DNA of 64,000 nt from Candidatus Eremiobacteria bacterium (GCA_963758295.1 CAVWUU010000004.1:608001-672000), one strand, 5' to 3'. Shown: positions 19,337-29,265, counted from the first letter of the stretch. Translations and numbers: made by a program. The notes: generated by a model from the letters alone, not told the origin.

Positions 19337-20297
19337 AGCGCTTCGCCTCCGGGCGCGAGAGATGGTGCTGCTTCCGGCGCTCGTCGTTCTGGTTGCAATC
19401 GGCGCATTCGTAAATCCGCATTTTCTTTCACCATCAAACATCATCGATATCCTAGGCGCTTGTTCTGCGCTCGCCTTGCTCGTACTGGGCGAATCGCTTG
19501 TGCTCATTGCCGGGAAATTCGATCTTTCGCTCGAGTCCACGGCCGGCCTTGCTCCGGCGCTTGGTGTGTTGCTTACCGCGTCCGTGAGCGCCCGCGGCTG
19601 GGGCATCGGACTACCGTGGTGGGCGGGATTGTTGGTCGTCCTCGCATTCGGCGCGCTCGCGGGTGCGTTCAATGGTCTGCTCGTCGTGCGCTTCCGCCTC
19701 AATGCGTTCATCGTAACGCTCGCAATGCTCATCATCTTGCGTGGCGTGCTGGTCGGCTTGACGAAAGGCAACACGCTCTTCGAAATGCCTGCGCAGTACT
19801 TGTTTCTCGGCGCACAAACGTGGCTGCACGTTCCCGTGTCGGTGTGGCTTGCGGCGGCGTGCTACATCGTTGGAGCGGCCGTGCTTCTGTACCACAGGCA
19901 CGGACGCGCGATCTACGCCATCGGTGGAAATGCCGTCGCGGCGCGAACGGCCGGCATCGACGTAGAGCGAACGACCTGGTGGTGTTATATCATCGCGGGA
20001 ATTCTTGCGGCAGTGGCAGGCTTGATTTTGAGCGGGAGGCTCGGCGCCGTTGCGGCGAGCCAGGGTCAAGGGATGATCTTCACCGTCTTCGCCGCCGCCG
20101 TTATCGGCGGCGTCAGCTTAGACGGCGGTCGCGGAACGCTCGGTGGGGCGCTCACCGGTGTGCTGCTTCTTGGCGTGCTGGACAATCTGCTTACGTTATC
20201 GCAAGTGCAAAGCTACTGGGTGCAAGCGATCTATGGAGCCATCATCTTGCTCGCGCTCACGCTCGCGCGCATCACCGGTGGCGAGCGGGAGCAATAA
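19329..20297 (+). CDS. Sugar ABC transporter permease (RbsC-like)
   Basis: GKFDLS, FIVTL, YAIGGN..AA..AGI, AAAVIGGVSLDGGRG. Confidence 0.95.
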   Translation: MSEALRLRAREMVLLPALVVLVAIGAFVNPHFLSPSNIIDILGACSALALLVLGESLVLIAGKFDLSLESTAGLAPALGVLLTASVSARGWGIGLPWWAGLLVVLAFGALAGAFNGLLVVRFRLNAFIVTLAMLIILRGVLVGLTKGNTLFEMPAQYLFLGAQTWLHVPVSVWLAAACYIVGAAVLLYHRHGRAIYAIGGNAVAARTAGIDVERTTWWCYIIAGILAAVAGLILSGRLGAVAASQGQGMIFTVFAAAVIGGVSLDGGRGTLGGALTGVLLLGVLDNLLTLSQVQSYWVQAIYGAIILLALTLARITGGEREQ

Positions 20298-20298
20298 C

Positions 20299-20619
20299 GT
20301 GGAACGCGTAGCGCTGCATACGCGGCTTCGTCCGGGTACGGAAACGGAATACGACCGGGTCCACGCAACGATTCCGCCTGAGCTCGCCGCGCTACTTCGC
20401 GGTAGCGGCGTGTACGAGTGGCGCATTTTTCGCAGCGGCCGCGATGTATTTCACTACGTTGAAGTGGAAGATTATGCCGCGTTCTTGCGCGCCGTTCGCG
20501 ACGATCCGGTGAATGTCGCGTGGCAAGCGCGCATGGCGGAGCTCCTCGAAGTCGTTCACGACTACAACGCGGCGGAGACGAACCGGCTTCCCGCGGTTTG
20601 GGCTCTTTCGGAACAATGA
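20299..20619 (+). CDS. L-rhamnose mutarotase family protein (probable L-fucose mutarotase)
   Basis: Start reassigned to GTG 20299; EYDRVHATIPPEL...GV..WRIF, P.NVAWQARM. Confidence 0.88.
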   Translation: MERVALHTRLRPGTETEYDRVHATIPPELAALLRGSGVYEWRIFRSGRDVFHYVEVEDYAAFLRAVRDDPVNVAWQARMAELLEVVHDYNAAETNRLPAVWALSEQ

Positions 20620-21554
20620 TCCGGCGGCTGGTCTTCGGCGGCGCGCCCATCGGCGGACTCTTCGAAACGGTTTCCGACGAGATGGCGCAGGCTGCGTTGC
20701 AAAGCGCGTGGGACGCAGGCATTCGTGCGTTCGATACGGCGCCGCTCTACGGTTCAGGACTGTCGGAATCGCGCATCGGTGAATTCCTGCGTGATAAAGA
20801 CCGCACGTCGTTTTTCATCTCCACAAAAGTTGGACGCGTGCTCGTCCCGCAACAAAGTGCGAATGCTCGAGGCGACGGATTGGCGTCTTTCCAAGGCGCG
20901 CTGCCTTACGACACAGAGTTTGATTTCAGCTCCGCCGGCATCCGCGCGTCCCTCGAATCGAGCCTGCAGCGTCTCGGAATCGATTACGTCGACGTCGCAT
21001 TCATTCACGATCCCGACGAGCACCTGGATGAAGCCGCGGCGTTGGGCGTTCCTGCGCTGCGCCACCTGAAAGCCGAAGGACTCGTACGCGGGGTCGGTTT
21101 CGGGATGAATGCTGCAGCGCCGCTCGCAAAACTCGTCGAGTCCTGCCGCCCCGATTGCATCCTGATCGCCGGGCGCTACACCCTGCTAGACCGAACGGCC
21201 GCCGGCGAACTGCTTCCGCTTTGTGAACGCTACGGGGTTCGTGTCGTCGCCGGCGGCGTGTTCAACAGCGGCGTGCTCTCTCGCGACGTGCCCGCTGAGG
21301 ACGCCATGTTTCACTACCGGCAAGCCGATTCGCAGACGCTCGCGCGCGTTCGCGCGCTTGCCGCTGTTTGCCACGAGCACGGCGTTCCGCTGCCGGCGGT
21401 TGCTATGCAATACGTGTTACGCCATCCTGCCATTGATGGTGTCGTCGTCGGGATGCGGTCGCCGGATGAAGTTCGCGAAGATGTAGAGTTTGCATCGATG
21501 GCGGTTCCGCGAGATCTCTGGCGCGCGCTCGAGGCGAATGGAGTCATCGCATGA
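20616..21554 (+). CDS. Aldo/keto reductase, probable L-fucose dehydrogenase (D-threo-aldose 1-dehydrogenase)
   Basis: Start reassigned to ATG 20616; FDTAPLYGSGLSE, STKVGR, IHDPD, AGRYTLLD, GGVFNSG. Confidence 0.88.
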   Translation: MIRRLVFGGAPIGGLFETVSDEMAQAALQSAWDAGIRAFDTAPLYGSGLSESRIGEFLRDKDRTSFFISTKVGRVLVPQQSANARGDGLASFQGALPYDTEFDFSSAGIRASLESSLQRLGIDYVDVAFIHDPDEHLDEAAALGVPALRHLKAEGLVRGVGFGMNAAAPLAKLVESCRPDCILIAGRYTLLDRTAAGELLPLCERYGVRVVAGGVFNSGVLSRDVPAEDAMFHYRQADSQTLARVRALAAVCHEHGVPLPAVAMQYVLRHPAIDGVVVGMRSPDEVREDVEFASMAVPRDLWRALEANGVIA

Positions 21555-22396
21555 TTGTCGACGCGCACCATCATTTATGGGATCCGGCGCTTCGCGAGTA
21601 CTCGTGGATGGATGAGACGGTCGCATCGATCGCGCGGCGCTTCGATCTCGCCGAGATGGACGAAGGCATTCCGCCTGAAGTCGCCGCCACAATCGTCGTG
21701 CAGGCAGCTTCTTCCCTCGAAGAAAGTGTCTCGCTGCTGGCGCTCGCCGCGAGCAGCCAACGCATCAAAGGCGTCGTCGGATGGATCGACCTCACGGCGG
21801 ATGCCGGCCAACAGCTCCTTCAGTTACGAAAATCGCGCGGTGGCGAATTTCTCGTGGGAATTCGTCACCAAGTGCAGGACGAGAGCGATCCACGTTGGCT
21901 TGTGCGCGATGAAGTAGTTGCCGGACTGACGGCCGTTCATGAGGCGGGACTGCTGTACGAATTGCTGGTTCGGACGCGCGAGTTGGACGCGGCCTATGAA
22001 GTTGCCACACGTTTGCCGCACATGTGTTTCGTTTTGGATCACGCCGCCAAGCCGCCTATCGCCGAAGGCGCCTTCGAACCGTGGGCAGCCAAAGTTTCCC
22101 GTCTCGCTTCTCTTTCGAACGTCACGTGCAAACTGAGCGGGCTCATTACCGAGGCGCGTTGGTACGCGTGGTCGGATGACGAAGTGCTTCCATACGCTCG
22201 GCACGTATTGCAAGTCTTCGGCCCATCGCGCGTGATGTTTGGATCCGATTGGCCGGTGTGTCTGCTTTCCGGCTCGTATGCAGACGTCAAGCGAGTTGCG
22301 GAGCGAACGTGCGAAGACCTCGACGAAGCTGAACGCGAAAGCGTGTTTTCGGGCAATGCGCTGGGCGTCTACCGCTTGCGGGCGCACCACCCGTGA
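21551..22396 (+). CDS. Amidohydrolase_2 family, probable L-fucono-1,5-lactonase
   Basis: DAHHHLW, GVVGW, LDHAAKP, CKLSG, MFGSDWPV. Confidence 0.88.
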   Translation: MIVDAHHHLWDPALREYSWMDETVASIARRFDLAEMDEGIPPEVAATIVVQAASSLEESVSLLALAASSQRIKGVVGWIDLTADAGQQLLQLRKSRGGEFLVGIRHQVQDESDPRWLVRDEVVAGLTAVHEAGLLYELLVRTRELDAAYEVATRLPHMCFVLDHAAKPPIAEGAFEPWAAKVSRLASLSNVTCKLSGLITEARWYAWSDDEVLPYARHVLQVFGPSRVMFGSDWPVCLLSGSYADVKRVAERTCEDLDEAERESVFSGNALGVYRLRAHHP

Positions 22397-24531
22397 TTGC
22401 GCGGCGTGAGTTCATCGCGATGTGTTCGGCGCTGCCGCTGCTTGCCGCGATGCCATCACCGCCGGATGCGGCACTCTCGCGCATCGACGAATTGATTTCG
22501 CGCATGACGCTCGCCGAAAAAGTTACTCAGCTGACGAACGAAAGCGCCGGGATTCCGCGTCTCGGCATTCCCGCGTACAACTGGTGGAACGAAGCACTGC
22601 ATGGTGTTGCACGCGCCGGTATCGCAACGGTCTTTCCACAGGCTATCGGCATGGCAGCGACGTGGAATGCCTCGCTGATCGAGCGGGTCGGCGACGCCGT
22701 TTCGACCGAAGCCCGCGCAAAGTTCAATGCCGCTGACGTGCCCGACCACGGCTTGTATCACGGGCTCACGTTTTGGTCCCCGAACATCAATTTGTTTCGC
22801 GATCCCCGGTGGGGACGCGGACAAGAGACGTACGGCGAGGATCCGGTGCTCACGTCGGTGCTCGCCGGACATTACGTTGGCGGGCTCCAAGGCCGCGACC
22901 CGCAGTTTCTCAAGGCAGCCGCGTGTGCGAAACACTTCGCGGTGCATAGCGGGCCGGAACCTTTGCGCGATCACTTCAACGTGAACGTGGACGAAAAGAC
23001 GCTCAACGAGTATTATCTCGTCGCCTTTCGTCATTTGGTTCGCGATGCCGGCGTCGCAGGGGTGATGTCGGCGTACTCGTCGGTGGATGGAACGCCGTGT
23101 TCGGCCAACACGATGCTGCTGCGGGACAAGCTTCGCCACGCGTGGAGCTTTCAGGGATACGTTACGTCGGACTGCGGCGCCGTCGATGATTTGACGGACA
23201 CCTATCGCATTGCCAAAGACATGCCGCACGCGGCAGCGCTTGCATTGAACGCCGGCGTGGACGTTTCGTGCGGCGAGGCCTTTGCCTCGGCCGGGAAAGC
23301 CGTAGCGCAAGGACTTGTTTCCGAGTCACGCGTCGACGACGCTCTGCGCCGGTTACTCGGCATTCGCTTCCGCTTGGGATTGTTCGAGCCGCCGGACCGT
23401 CGCCCGTTTGCAAACATTAAACCGGCCGAGAACGATAGTCTGCAACATGCCGCACTGGCGCTGCAAACCGCGCGTGAAGCGATCGTGCTGTTAAAGAACG
23501 ACGCCATACTTCCGCTTTCGAAGGTTCGGACGATCGCACTCGTCGGACCTAATGCCGATTCCCTGGAGACGCTGCTTGGCAATTACAACGGCACACCGTC
23601 GCGCCCCGTAACGCTGCTCTCCGCGCTGCGCGAAAAGCTGGGCACGGCGCGAGTTCGGTACGTTCGCGGATGCGACTACGTTACGGAAGGCGGCGAAGGC
23701 GAGGCGGAAGCCGCGGTCGATATCGCACGCGAAAGCGACGTCGTCATTTTCGCCGGCGGCATTTCGCCTCGGCTCGAAGGCGAAGCCATGAAGGTTGACG
23801 CCGACGGATTTCTCGGCGGCGATCGAACGCGAATCGAGTTGCCGAAAGTGCAAACGGCGTTGATGCAGCAACTGGTGGCCACCGGAAAGCCGCTCGTGTA
23901 CGTCCAGTTCAGCGGCAGCGCTATTGCGTGCGTTTGGGAAGCCGGACATGCCAAGGCGGTCATGCAAGCGTGGTATCCCGGCGAATCGGGCGGAACGGCG
24001 ATTGCCGACGTCCTCTTCGGCGATTACAACCCGGCGGGGCGTCTGCCGGTAACGTTCTACTCGTCAACGGCGGATCTGCCGGCGTTCGAAGATTACCAGG
24101 TAACGAACCGGACGTACCGCCATTTCGCCGGCACGCCGCTTTTCGCGTTCGGCCATGGGTTGAGTTACACGCGGTTCAAGTACGGTCCGATGTCGACGCA
24201 GTTGCGCGGTGAAACCGTGGAAGTTTCCGTAACGGTGCAAAATGCCGGCGCTCGCGACGGCGACGAAGTTGTGCAGGTCTACGCGTACGCGCCGAACGGC
24301 TCGCTTGGGCGACAGCGGTTGTGCGGGTTTGCGCGCGCTTTCGTACCGCGGGGCCAGAGCAAGGCCGTCGCTTTGGAGATTCCGCTGGAACGTCTGGCTG
24401 GGTGGGATGAGGCACGCAAGCGATACGTTTTGCCCGCCGGCACCTACGAGTTACGGGTGAGTGCTTCTTCCGCGGACATTCGCTTGCGACACCCTCTCGC
24501 AATTGCGCGAGAACTATCGTGGCCGGCGTGA
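22393..24531 (+). CDS. GH3 glycosidase (beta-xylosidase-like) with Tat signal
   Basis: ARREFI twin-arginine signal; WWNEALHGV, RDPRWGRGQETYGEDP, KHFAVH, YVTSDCGA, C-terminal Fn3-like domain. Confidence 0.93.
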   Translation: MIARREFIAMCSALPLLAAMPSPPDAALSRIDELISRMTLAEKVTQLTNESAGIPRLGIPAYNWWNEALHGVARAGIATVFPQAIGMAATWNASLIERVGDAVSTEARAKFNAADVPDHGLYHGLTFWSPNINLFRDPRWGRGQETYGEDPVLTSVLAGHYVGGLQGRDPQFLKAAACAKHFAVHSGPEPLRDHFNVNVDEKTLNEYYLVAFRHLVRDAGVAGVMSAYSSVDGTPCSANTMLLRDKLRHAWSFQGYVTSDCGAVDDLTDTYRIAKDMPHAAALALNAGVDVSCGEAFASAGKAVAQGLVSESRVDDALRRLLGIRFRLGLFEPPDRRPFANIKPAENDSLQHAALALQTAREAIVLLKNDAILPLSKVRTIALVGPNADSLETLLGNYNGTPSRPVTLLSALREKLGTARVRYVRGCDYVTEGGEGEAEAAVDIARESDVVIFAGGISPRLEGEAMKVDADGFLGGDRTRIELPKVQTALMQQLVATGKPLVYVQFSGSAIACVWEAGHAKAVMQAWYPGESGGTAIADVLFGDYNPAGRLPVTFYSSTADLPAFEDYQVTNRTYRHFAGTPLFAFGHGLSYTRFKYGPMSTQLRGETVEVSVTVQNAGARDGDEVVQVYAYAPNGSLGRQRLCGFARAFVPRGQSKAVALEIPLERLAGWDEARKRYVLPAGTYELRVSASSADIRLRHPLAIARELSWPA

Positions 24532-24553
24532 TGCCGACGCTCGATAGAACATC

Positions 24554-25546
24554 GTCATGGTTAGGTGTAGAACCATGGTCGTAGAGAGGCGATTGTCATG
24601 GTGAGCTTGTCGAACCAGCGGCGGATATCCCCAGTGTCCCGTATGCGCCTGTCCTTCGACAAGCTCAGGATGACGGGGCGGGGTGTGATCGTCATGGTCA
24701 CGGGACGGGGTGTAATCGTCATGGTGACGGGGCGGGGTGTAATCGTCATGGTGAGCTTGTCGAACCAGAGGCGCATATCTGCTGAGCCTCGTATGCGCCT
24801 GTCCTTCGACAAGCTCAGGATGACGGAGCGGGGTGTAATCGTCATGGTGACGGGGCGGGGTGTAATCGTCATGGTGACGGGGCGGGGTGTAATCGTCATG
24901 GTGAGCTTGTCGAACCAGAAGCGCATATCCGCAGTGCCTCGTATGCGCCTGTCCTTCGACAAGCTCAGGATGACGGGGCGGGGTGTAATCGTCATGGTGA
25001 CGGGGCGGGGTGTAATCGTCATGGTGACGGGGCGGGGTGTAATCGTCATGGTGACGGGGCGGTGTAATCGTCATGGTGAGCTTGTCGAACCAGAGGCGCA
25101 TATCTGCTGAGTCCCGTATGCGCCTGTCCTTCGACAAGCTCAGGATGACGGGGCGGGTGTAATCGTCATGGTGACGGGGCGGGGTGTAATCGTCATGGTG
25201 AGCTTGTCGAACCAAAAGCGCATATCCGCAGTGCCTCGTATGCGCCTGTCCTTCGACAAGCTCAGGATGACGGGGCGGGGTGTAATCGTCATGGTGAGCT
25301 TGTCGAACCAGAGGCGCATATCCGCAGTGCCTCGTATGCGCCTGTCCTTCGACAAGCTCAGGATGACGGAGGGGGTGTAATCGTCATGGTGACGGGGCGG
25401 GGTGTAATCGTCATGGTGAGCTTGTCGAACCAGAGGCGCATATCAGCTGAGTCCCGTATGCGCCTGTCCTTCGACAAGCTCAGGAGACGGGGCGGGGTGT
25501 TGGCAGTGTTCCGTATGCGTTTGTCCTTCGACAAGCTCAGGATGAC
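24554..25546. repeat. Composite array: seven 80 bp REP-bounded hairpins separated by 0-3 copies of a 27 bp minisatellite
   Basis: Units at 24595, 24745, 24895, 25070, 25192, 25288 and 25410; the 27-mer is GTCATGGTGACGGGGCGGGGTGTAATC; degenerate half units at both ends. Confidence 0.95.
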
Positions 25547-25657
25547 AAGCGCGTCGTTCGCTGGTTCTCCTTGCGGCATCGTGCGGCGATCAGCATGACG
25601 GGGCGGCGAATGAATGAGAACTGAAATAAAAGCCACGGACTTTGCAAAGGAGCACGC

Positions 25658-27472
25658 GTGCATTTAACGACGCTCGACTGGGTGATTCTCTGCGTTTCCC
25701 TCGCGGTAACGTTTACGCCCGCGATTCTGCTGGCGCGGCGGGCCGGGAAGAATACGACGGAGTTCTTTGCGGCAGGGCGGCAAGCGCCGTGGTGGCTGAT
25801 CGGAGTTTCGCTCGTCGCAACCACGTTCAGCACCGATACTCCGAATCTGGTAACGAACTTCGTTCGCACCGGCGGCGTCGCGGCGAACTGGCAGTGGTGG
25901 GCGTTTCTTCTTACCGGCATGGCGACCGTGTTTTTCTACGCGCGGTTATGGCGGCGTAGCGGCGTACTCACCGACTTGCAGTTGTACGAACTGCGCTACA
26001 GCGGAAAGCCGGCGGAGTTTTTGCGGTGGTTCCGCGCCGTATACCTCGGCTTCTTCTTCAATATCATGATTATCGCGTCGGTGAATCTCGCGGCGGCGAA
26101 GATCGCGAGCGTGTTGTTCGGTTTGCCCGAAGTGCTGACGCTTGCGGTGGCGGGTGTCGTGGTCGTCATCTTTGCGGCAACGGCCGGTCTTTGGGGCGTT
26201 ATGGTGACGGACACGATTCAATTCGTGATCACTATGTCGAGCGCATTTGCGGCGGCCTACTACGCATTGCATTCACCGAAGGTGGCTGCGTTCGGAGGTC
26301 TGCGTGGAATGCTCGCACACTTTCAAGCGACGAATCCACACGCACTCACCGTTCTTCCGGACTTCTCGAACTGGGCGGTGGCGCTGTCGATTTTCATCAT
26401 TCCGGTTACCGTGCAGTGGTGGTCGGTCTGGTATCCCGGCGCCGAACCGGGCGGCGGCAGCTACGTAGCGCAACGCATGCTTTCCGCTCGGCGCGAAACC
26501 GACGCGGTGTGGGGAACGCTTCTGTTTCAGGCGGCGCATTACGCTTTGCGGCCCTGGCCGTGGATTATCGTCGCACTCGCCTCGATGATCGCATACCCGA
26601 CGCTCGGCGACATTCACCGGGCCTTTCCGCACGTCGATCCTCACTTGATCGGCGACGACATTGCGTACCCGGCGATGCTCGTGTTTCTTCCGGCCGGGTG
26701 GGCGGGCTTCATGGTAGCGGGTCTGTTTGCCGCGTATCGTTCCACGCTCGAATCACATCTGAACTGGGGCACGTCGTATCTCGTGCACGACTTCTACCGG
26801 CGTTTCTTTAATCCGGGCGCGCCGGAAAAGCACTACGTTATGATGGGGCGCATCGTTACGGCCCTCATCATGGTCGCCGCATTCGGCTTCACGCTGATTT
26901 TGAACACGGCGAAGGATACGTTCCAGCTGATTCTGCAGATCGGCGCGGGCACCGGCTTGATCTACTTACTGCGCTGGTATTGGTGGCGCATTAACGCGTG
27001 GACGGAAATTGCCGGGATGGCATCGTCGTTCGTCATATCGCTCGTCATCTTTTTCCTCGGGAAATTTGGGCATCCAATCGATCAGGTCCCGGCACTCCTG
27101 TGGACCGTCGGATTATCGACGATCGTGTGGCTCACCGTCACCTTCCTAACGAAGCCCGTGGACAGCGAAACCCTCGCCACATTCTATGCAAAAGTTCGTC
27201 CGGCCGGCCCCGGTTGGCAGCGCACGCGCGCGCAGACCGGTCTTGGACCTTCTCCCGATAGTTTGCCGAATTCGCTCCTCGGTTGGGTCCTCGGGTTGCT
27301 CTGCATTTACTCGGCACTCTTCGGCGCAGGCGCGTTCCTTTACGGACATGCGACCGCCGGTGCGATCTACACGGTAGTATTCATCGGCTCGCTCGTGTGG
27401 CTCGTTCGGCTCACGTCATATGTGTGGCGCAGCGGTTCCAGCGTGGAACCGGCAGCGGAGGCAACGCCTTGA
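25658..27472 (+). CDS. Sodium:solute symporter (SSS/SLC5) family transporter
   Basis: EFFAAGR..PWW..G.S.VATTFS, ELRYSG, V.VTD.IQF, QRMLSAR; about 14 TM segments; AAGGAG RBS. Confidence 0.93.
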   Translation: MHLTTLDWVILCVSLAVTFTPAILLARRAGKNTTEFFAAGRQAPWWLIGVSLVATTFSTDTPNLVTNFVRTGGVAANWQWWAFLLTGMATVFFYARLWRRSGVLTDLQLYELRYSGKPAEFLRWFRAVYLGFFFNIMIIASVNLAAAKIASVLFGLPEVLTLAVAGVVVVIFAATAGLWGVMVTDTIQFVITMSSAFAAAYYALHSPKVAAFGGLRGMLAHFQATNPHALTVLPDFSNWAVALSIFIIPVTVQWWSVWYPGAEPGGGSYVAQRMLSARRETDAVWGTLLFQAAHYALRPWPWIIVALASMIAYPTLGDIHRAFPHVDPHLIGDDIAYPAMLVFLPAGWAGFMVAGLFAAYRSTLESHLNWGTSYLVHDFYRRFFNPGAPEKHYVMMGRIVTALIMVAAFGFTLILNTAKDTFQLILQIGAGTGLIYLLRWYWWRINAWTEIAGMASSFVISLVIFFLGKFGHPIDQVPALLWTVGLSTIVWLTVTFLTKPVDSETLATFYAKVRPAGPGWQRTRAQTGLGPSPDSLPNSLLGWVLGLLCIYSALFGAGAFLYGHATAGAIYTVVFIGSLVWLVRLTSYVWRSGSSVEPAAEATP

Positions 27473-29265
27473 TTCCATTGATCTTGGCGGCTGCCGCAAG
27501 CGTTCTGCCGGTGATTCCACTGCCCCGTTCTGCCGTGCGGCATGACGGGTCGTATGCGCTTAAACAAAGCGTAACGATCGAAGCGTCAACGGCCGACGAG
27601 CGCAACGTCGCGGAATTCACGCGCGCGTTTCTTCAGATGCGTGGACTGCAGGTGACGATTGTCTCGCACGGGGCCGCCGATATCGCGTTCCAGGGAGACG
27701 CCCACGATGCAACGCTCGGCACCGAAGGATACCGGCTTCGTTCCGCCGCGGAGGGCGTTCGCATCACCGCCAACGGCGGGCCCGGACTATTTTACGGCCT
27801 GCAGACGTTGGAGCAGCTCTTGCCGCCCGGAGCTACCAACGAAATCGCCCGCGTCGATATCACGGATTCACCCTCGTACGCATATCGCGGAATCCACCTG
27901 GACGTAGCGCGCCATTTCTTTCCCATATCTTTCGTTGAGAAGTACATCGACATAGCAGCGCGCTATAAGCTCAATTCCTTCCACTGGCACCTGACCGACG
28001 ATCAGGGCTGGCGCATCGAGATCAGAAAATACCCGCGGCTCACGAGCGTTGCGTCTTGCCGCAGCGGCACGATGCTTGGTCACGATTTCAGCTCGGACGA
28101 CAAACAACGCTATTGCGGATACTACACGCAAGACGAGATCCGGCAAGTCGTCGCCTATGCGAAAAAGCGTTACGTGACGATCGTGCCGGAAATCGAGATG
28201 CCCGGACATTCGGTTGAGGTCCTCGCCGCGTATCCGCAGTTAGCATGCGCGCCGGGTCACTACGAAGTGCGCCGCACGTGGGGCGTCTCAGATCAGATCG
28301 TCTGTCCATCGGAGCAGACGATCGCGTTCTACGAAGACGTGCTCCGCGAAGTCATCGCGCTCTTCCCCGGCCCGTACATTCATACCGGCGGCGACGAAGC
28401 GCCGAAAGCCGCCTGGAAAAATAGCGCGCTCGTGCAGTCGTTGAAGCGAAAGTACCATTTGCAGAACGACGATGCGGTGCAAGGGTGGTTCGACACCCGC
28501 ATAGAGGCGTTCTTGCGCGCGCACGGCAGACGGATGATCGGATGGGACGAGATTCTCGGCGGCAACGTTTCGCGCAGCGCCATCGTCATGTCGTGGCGCG
28601 GCGTCGCCGGGGGCGTGATCGCGGCGATGCGGGGCAACGACGTTATCATGTCGCCCGACGGGCCGCTCTACTTCGATGCCTCGGCCGGCGACGGCGCGTT
28701 CGAACCACTGAACATCGGCGGCAAGACGACGCTGCGCGACGTTTACGATTTCGATCCCGGCATCGACGCGCTTCCGCCGGAGCAAGCCAAACACGTGCTC
28801 GGCGCGCAGGCGAATCTGTGGACCGAATACATTCCGACGCAAGCGCAAGCGGAGTACATGCTGATGCCCCGCCTGCTCGCGCTGGCGGAGCTCACCTGGA
28901 CGCCCGTCGAAGAGAAAGACTGGGACAGCTTCGTGGCGCGCACGCCAAATCAGTATGCGCGGCTCGAACAGGAGCAGTTCCAATTTCGCATTCCCGAACC
29001 GGTGGGGCTTGCCGATACGAACACCGACAAGCCGTCGATCGCGGTGTCGCTTTCGAGCCCCGTACCGGGCGCAAGACTTTTCTATACGACCGACGGAACG
29101 ATGCCGACCGCATCGTCAACGGCATATACGCAGCCCATCACGCTGAATTTGCAACCGGGAGAAACGAAGATCGTGCGAGTGATAACGATTTTGGCTTCGG
29201 GCCGCATGAGCGCGCCCGCGCAAGCTCTCTACGAGCGCACGCTTTTGACGCCGGCGGTGCCGTAA
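27469..29265 (+). CDS. Beta-N-acetylhexosaminidase, GH20, with C-terminal Fn3-associated domain
   Basis: Start reassigned to TTG 27469, overlapping the upstream stop; RGIHLDVARHF, HWHLTDDQGWR, PEIEMPGH, HTGGDE, YTTDGT.PT. Confidence 0.95.
   Translation: MIPLILAAAASVLPVIPLPRSAVRHDGSYALKQSVTIEASTADERNVAEFTRAFLQMRGLQVTIVSHGAADIAFQGDAHDATLGTEGYRLRSAAEGVRITANGGPGLFYGLQTLEQLLPPGATNEIARVDITDSPSYAYRGIHLDVARHFFPISFVEKYIDIAARYKLNSFHWHLTDDQGWRIEIRKYPRLTSVASCRSGTMLGHDFSSDDKQRYCGYYTQDEIRQVVAYAKKRYVTIVPEIEMPGHSVEVLAAYPQLACAPGHYEVRRTWGVSDQIVCPSEQTIAFYEDVLREVIALFPGPYIHTGGDEAPKAAWKNSALVQSLKRKYHLQNDDAVQGWFDTRIEAFLRAHGRRMIGWDEILGGNVSRSAIVMSWRGVAGGVIAAMRGNDVIMSPDGPLYFDASAGDGAFEPLNIGGKTTLRDVYDFDPGIDALPPEQAKHVLGAQANLWTEYIPTQAQAEYMLMPRLLALAELTWTPVEEKDWDSFVARTPNQYARLEQEQFQFRIPEPVGLADTNTDKPSIAVSLSSPVPGARLFYTTDGTMPTASSTAYTQPITLNLQPGETKIVRVITILASGRMSAPAQALYERTLLTPAVP

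Noticed and set aside
24554..25546. CRISPR array
   Set aside because: The intervening sequences are near-identical rather than unique spacers, the repeats come in inverted pairs, and there are no cas genes in the window
24514..25663. Repeat proteins or RiPP-like precursors (HHDDYTPPR, MTITPRPV repeats)
   Set aside because: Indels between units break the frames, there is no RBS or signal peptide and no maturation enzymes nearby, and DNA palindromy explains the conservation
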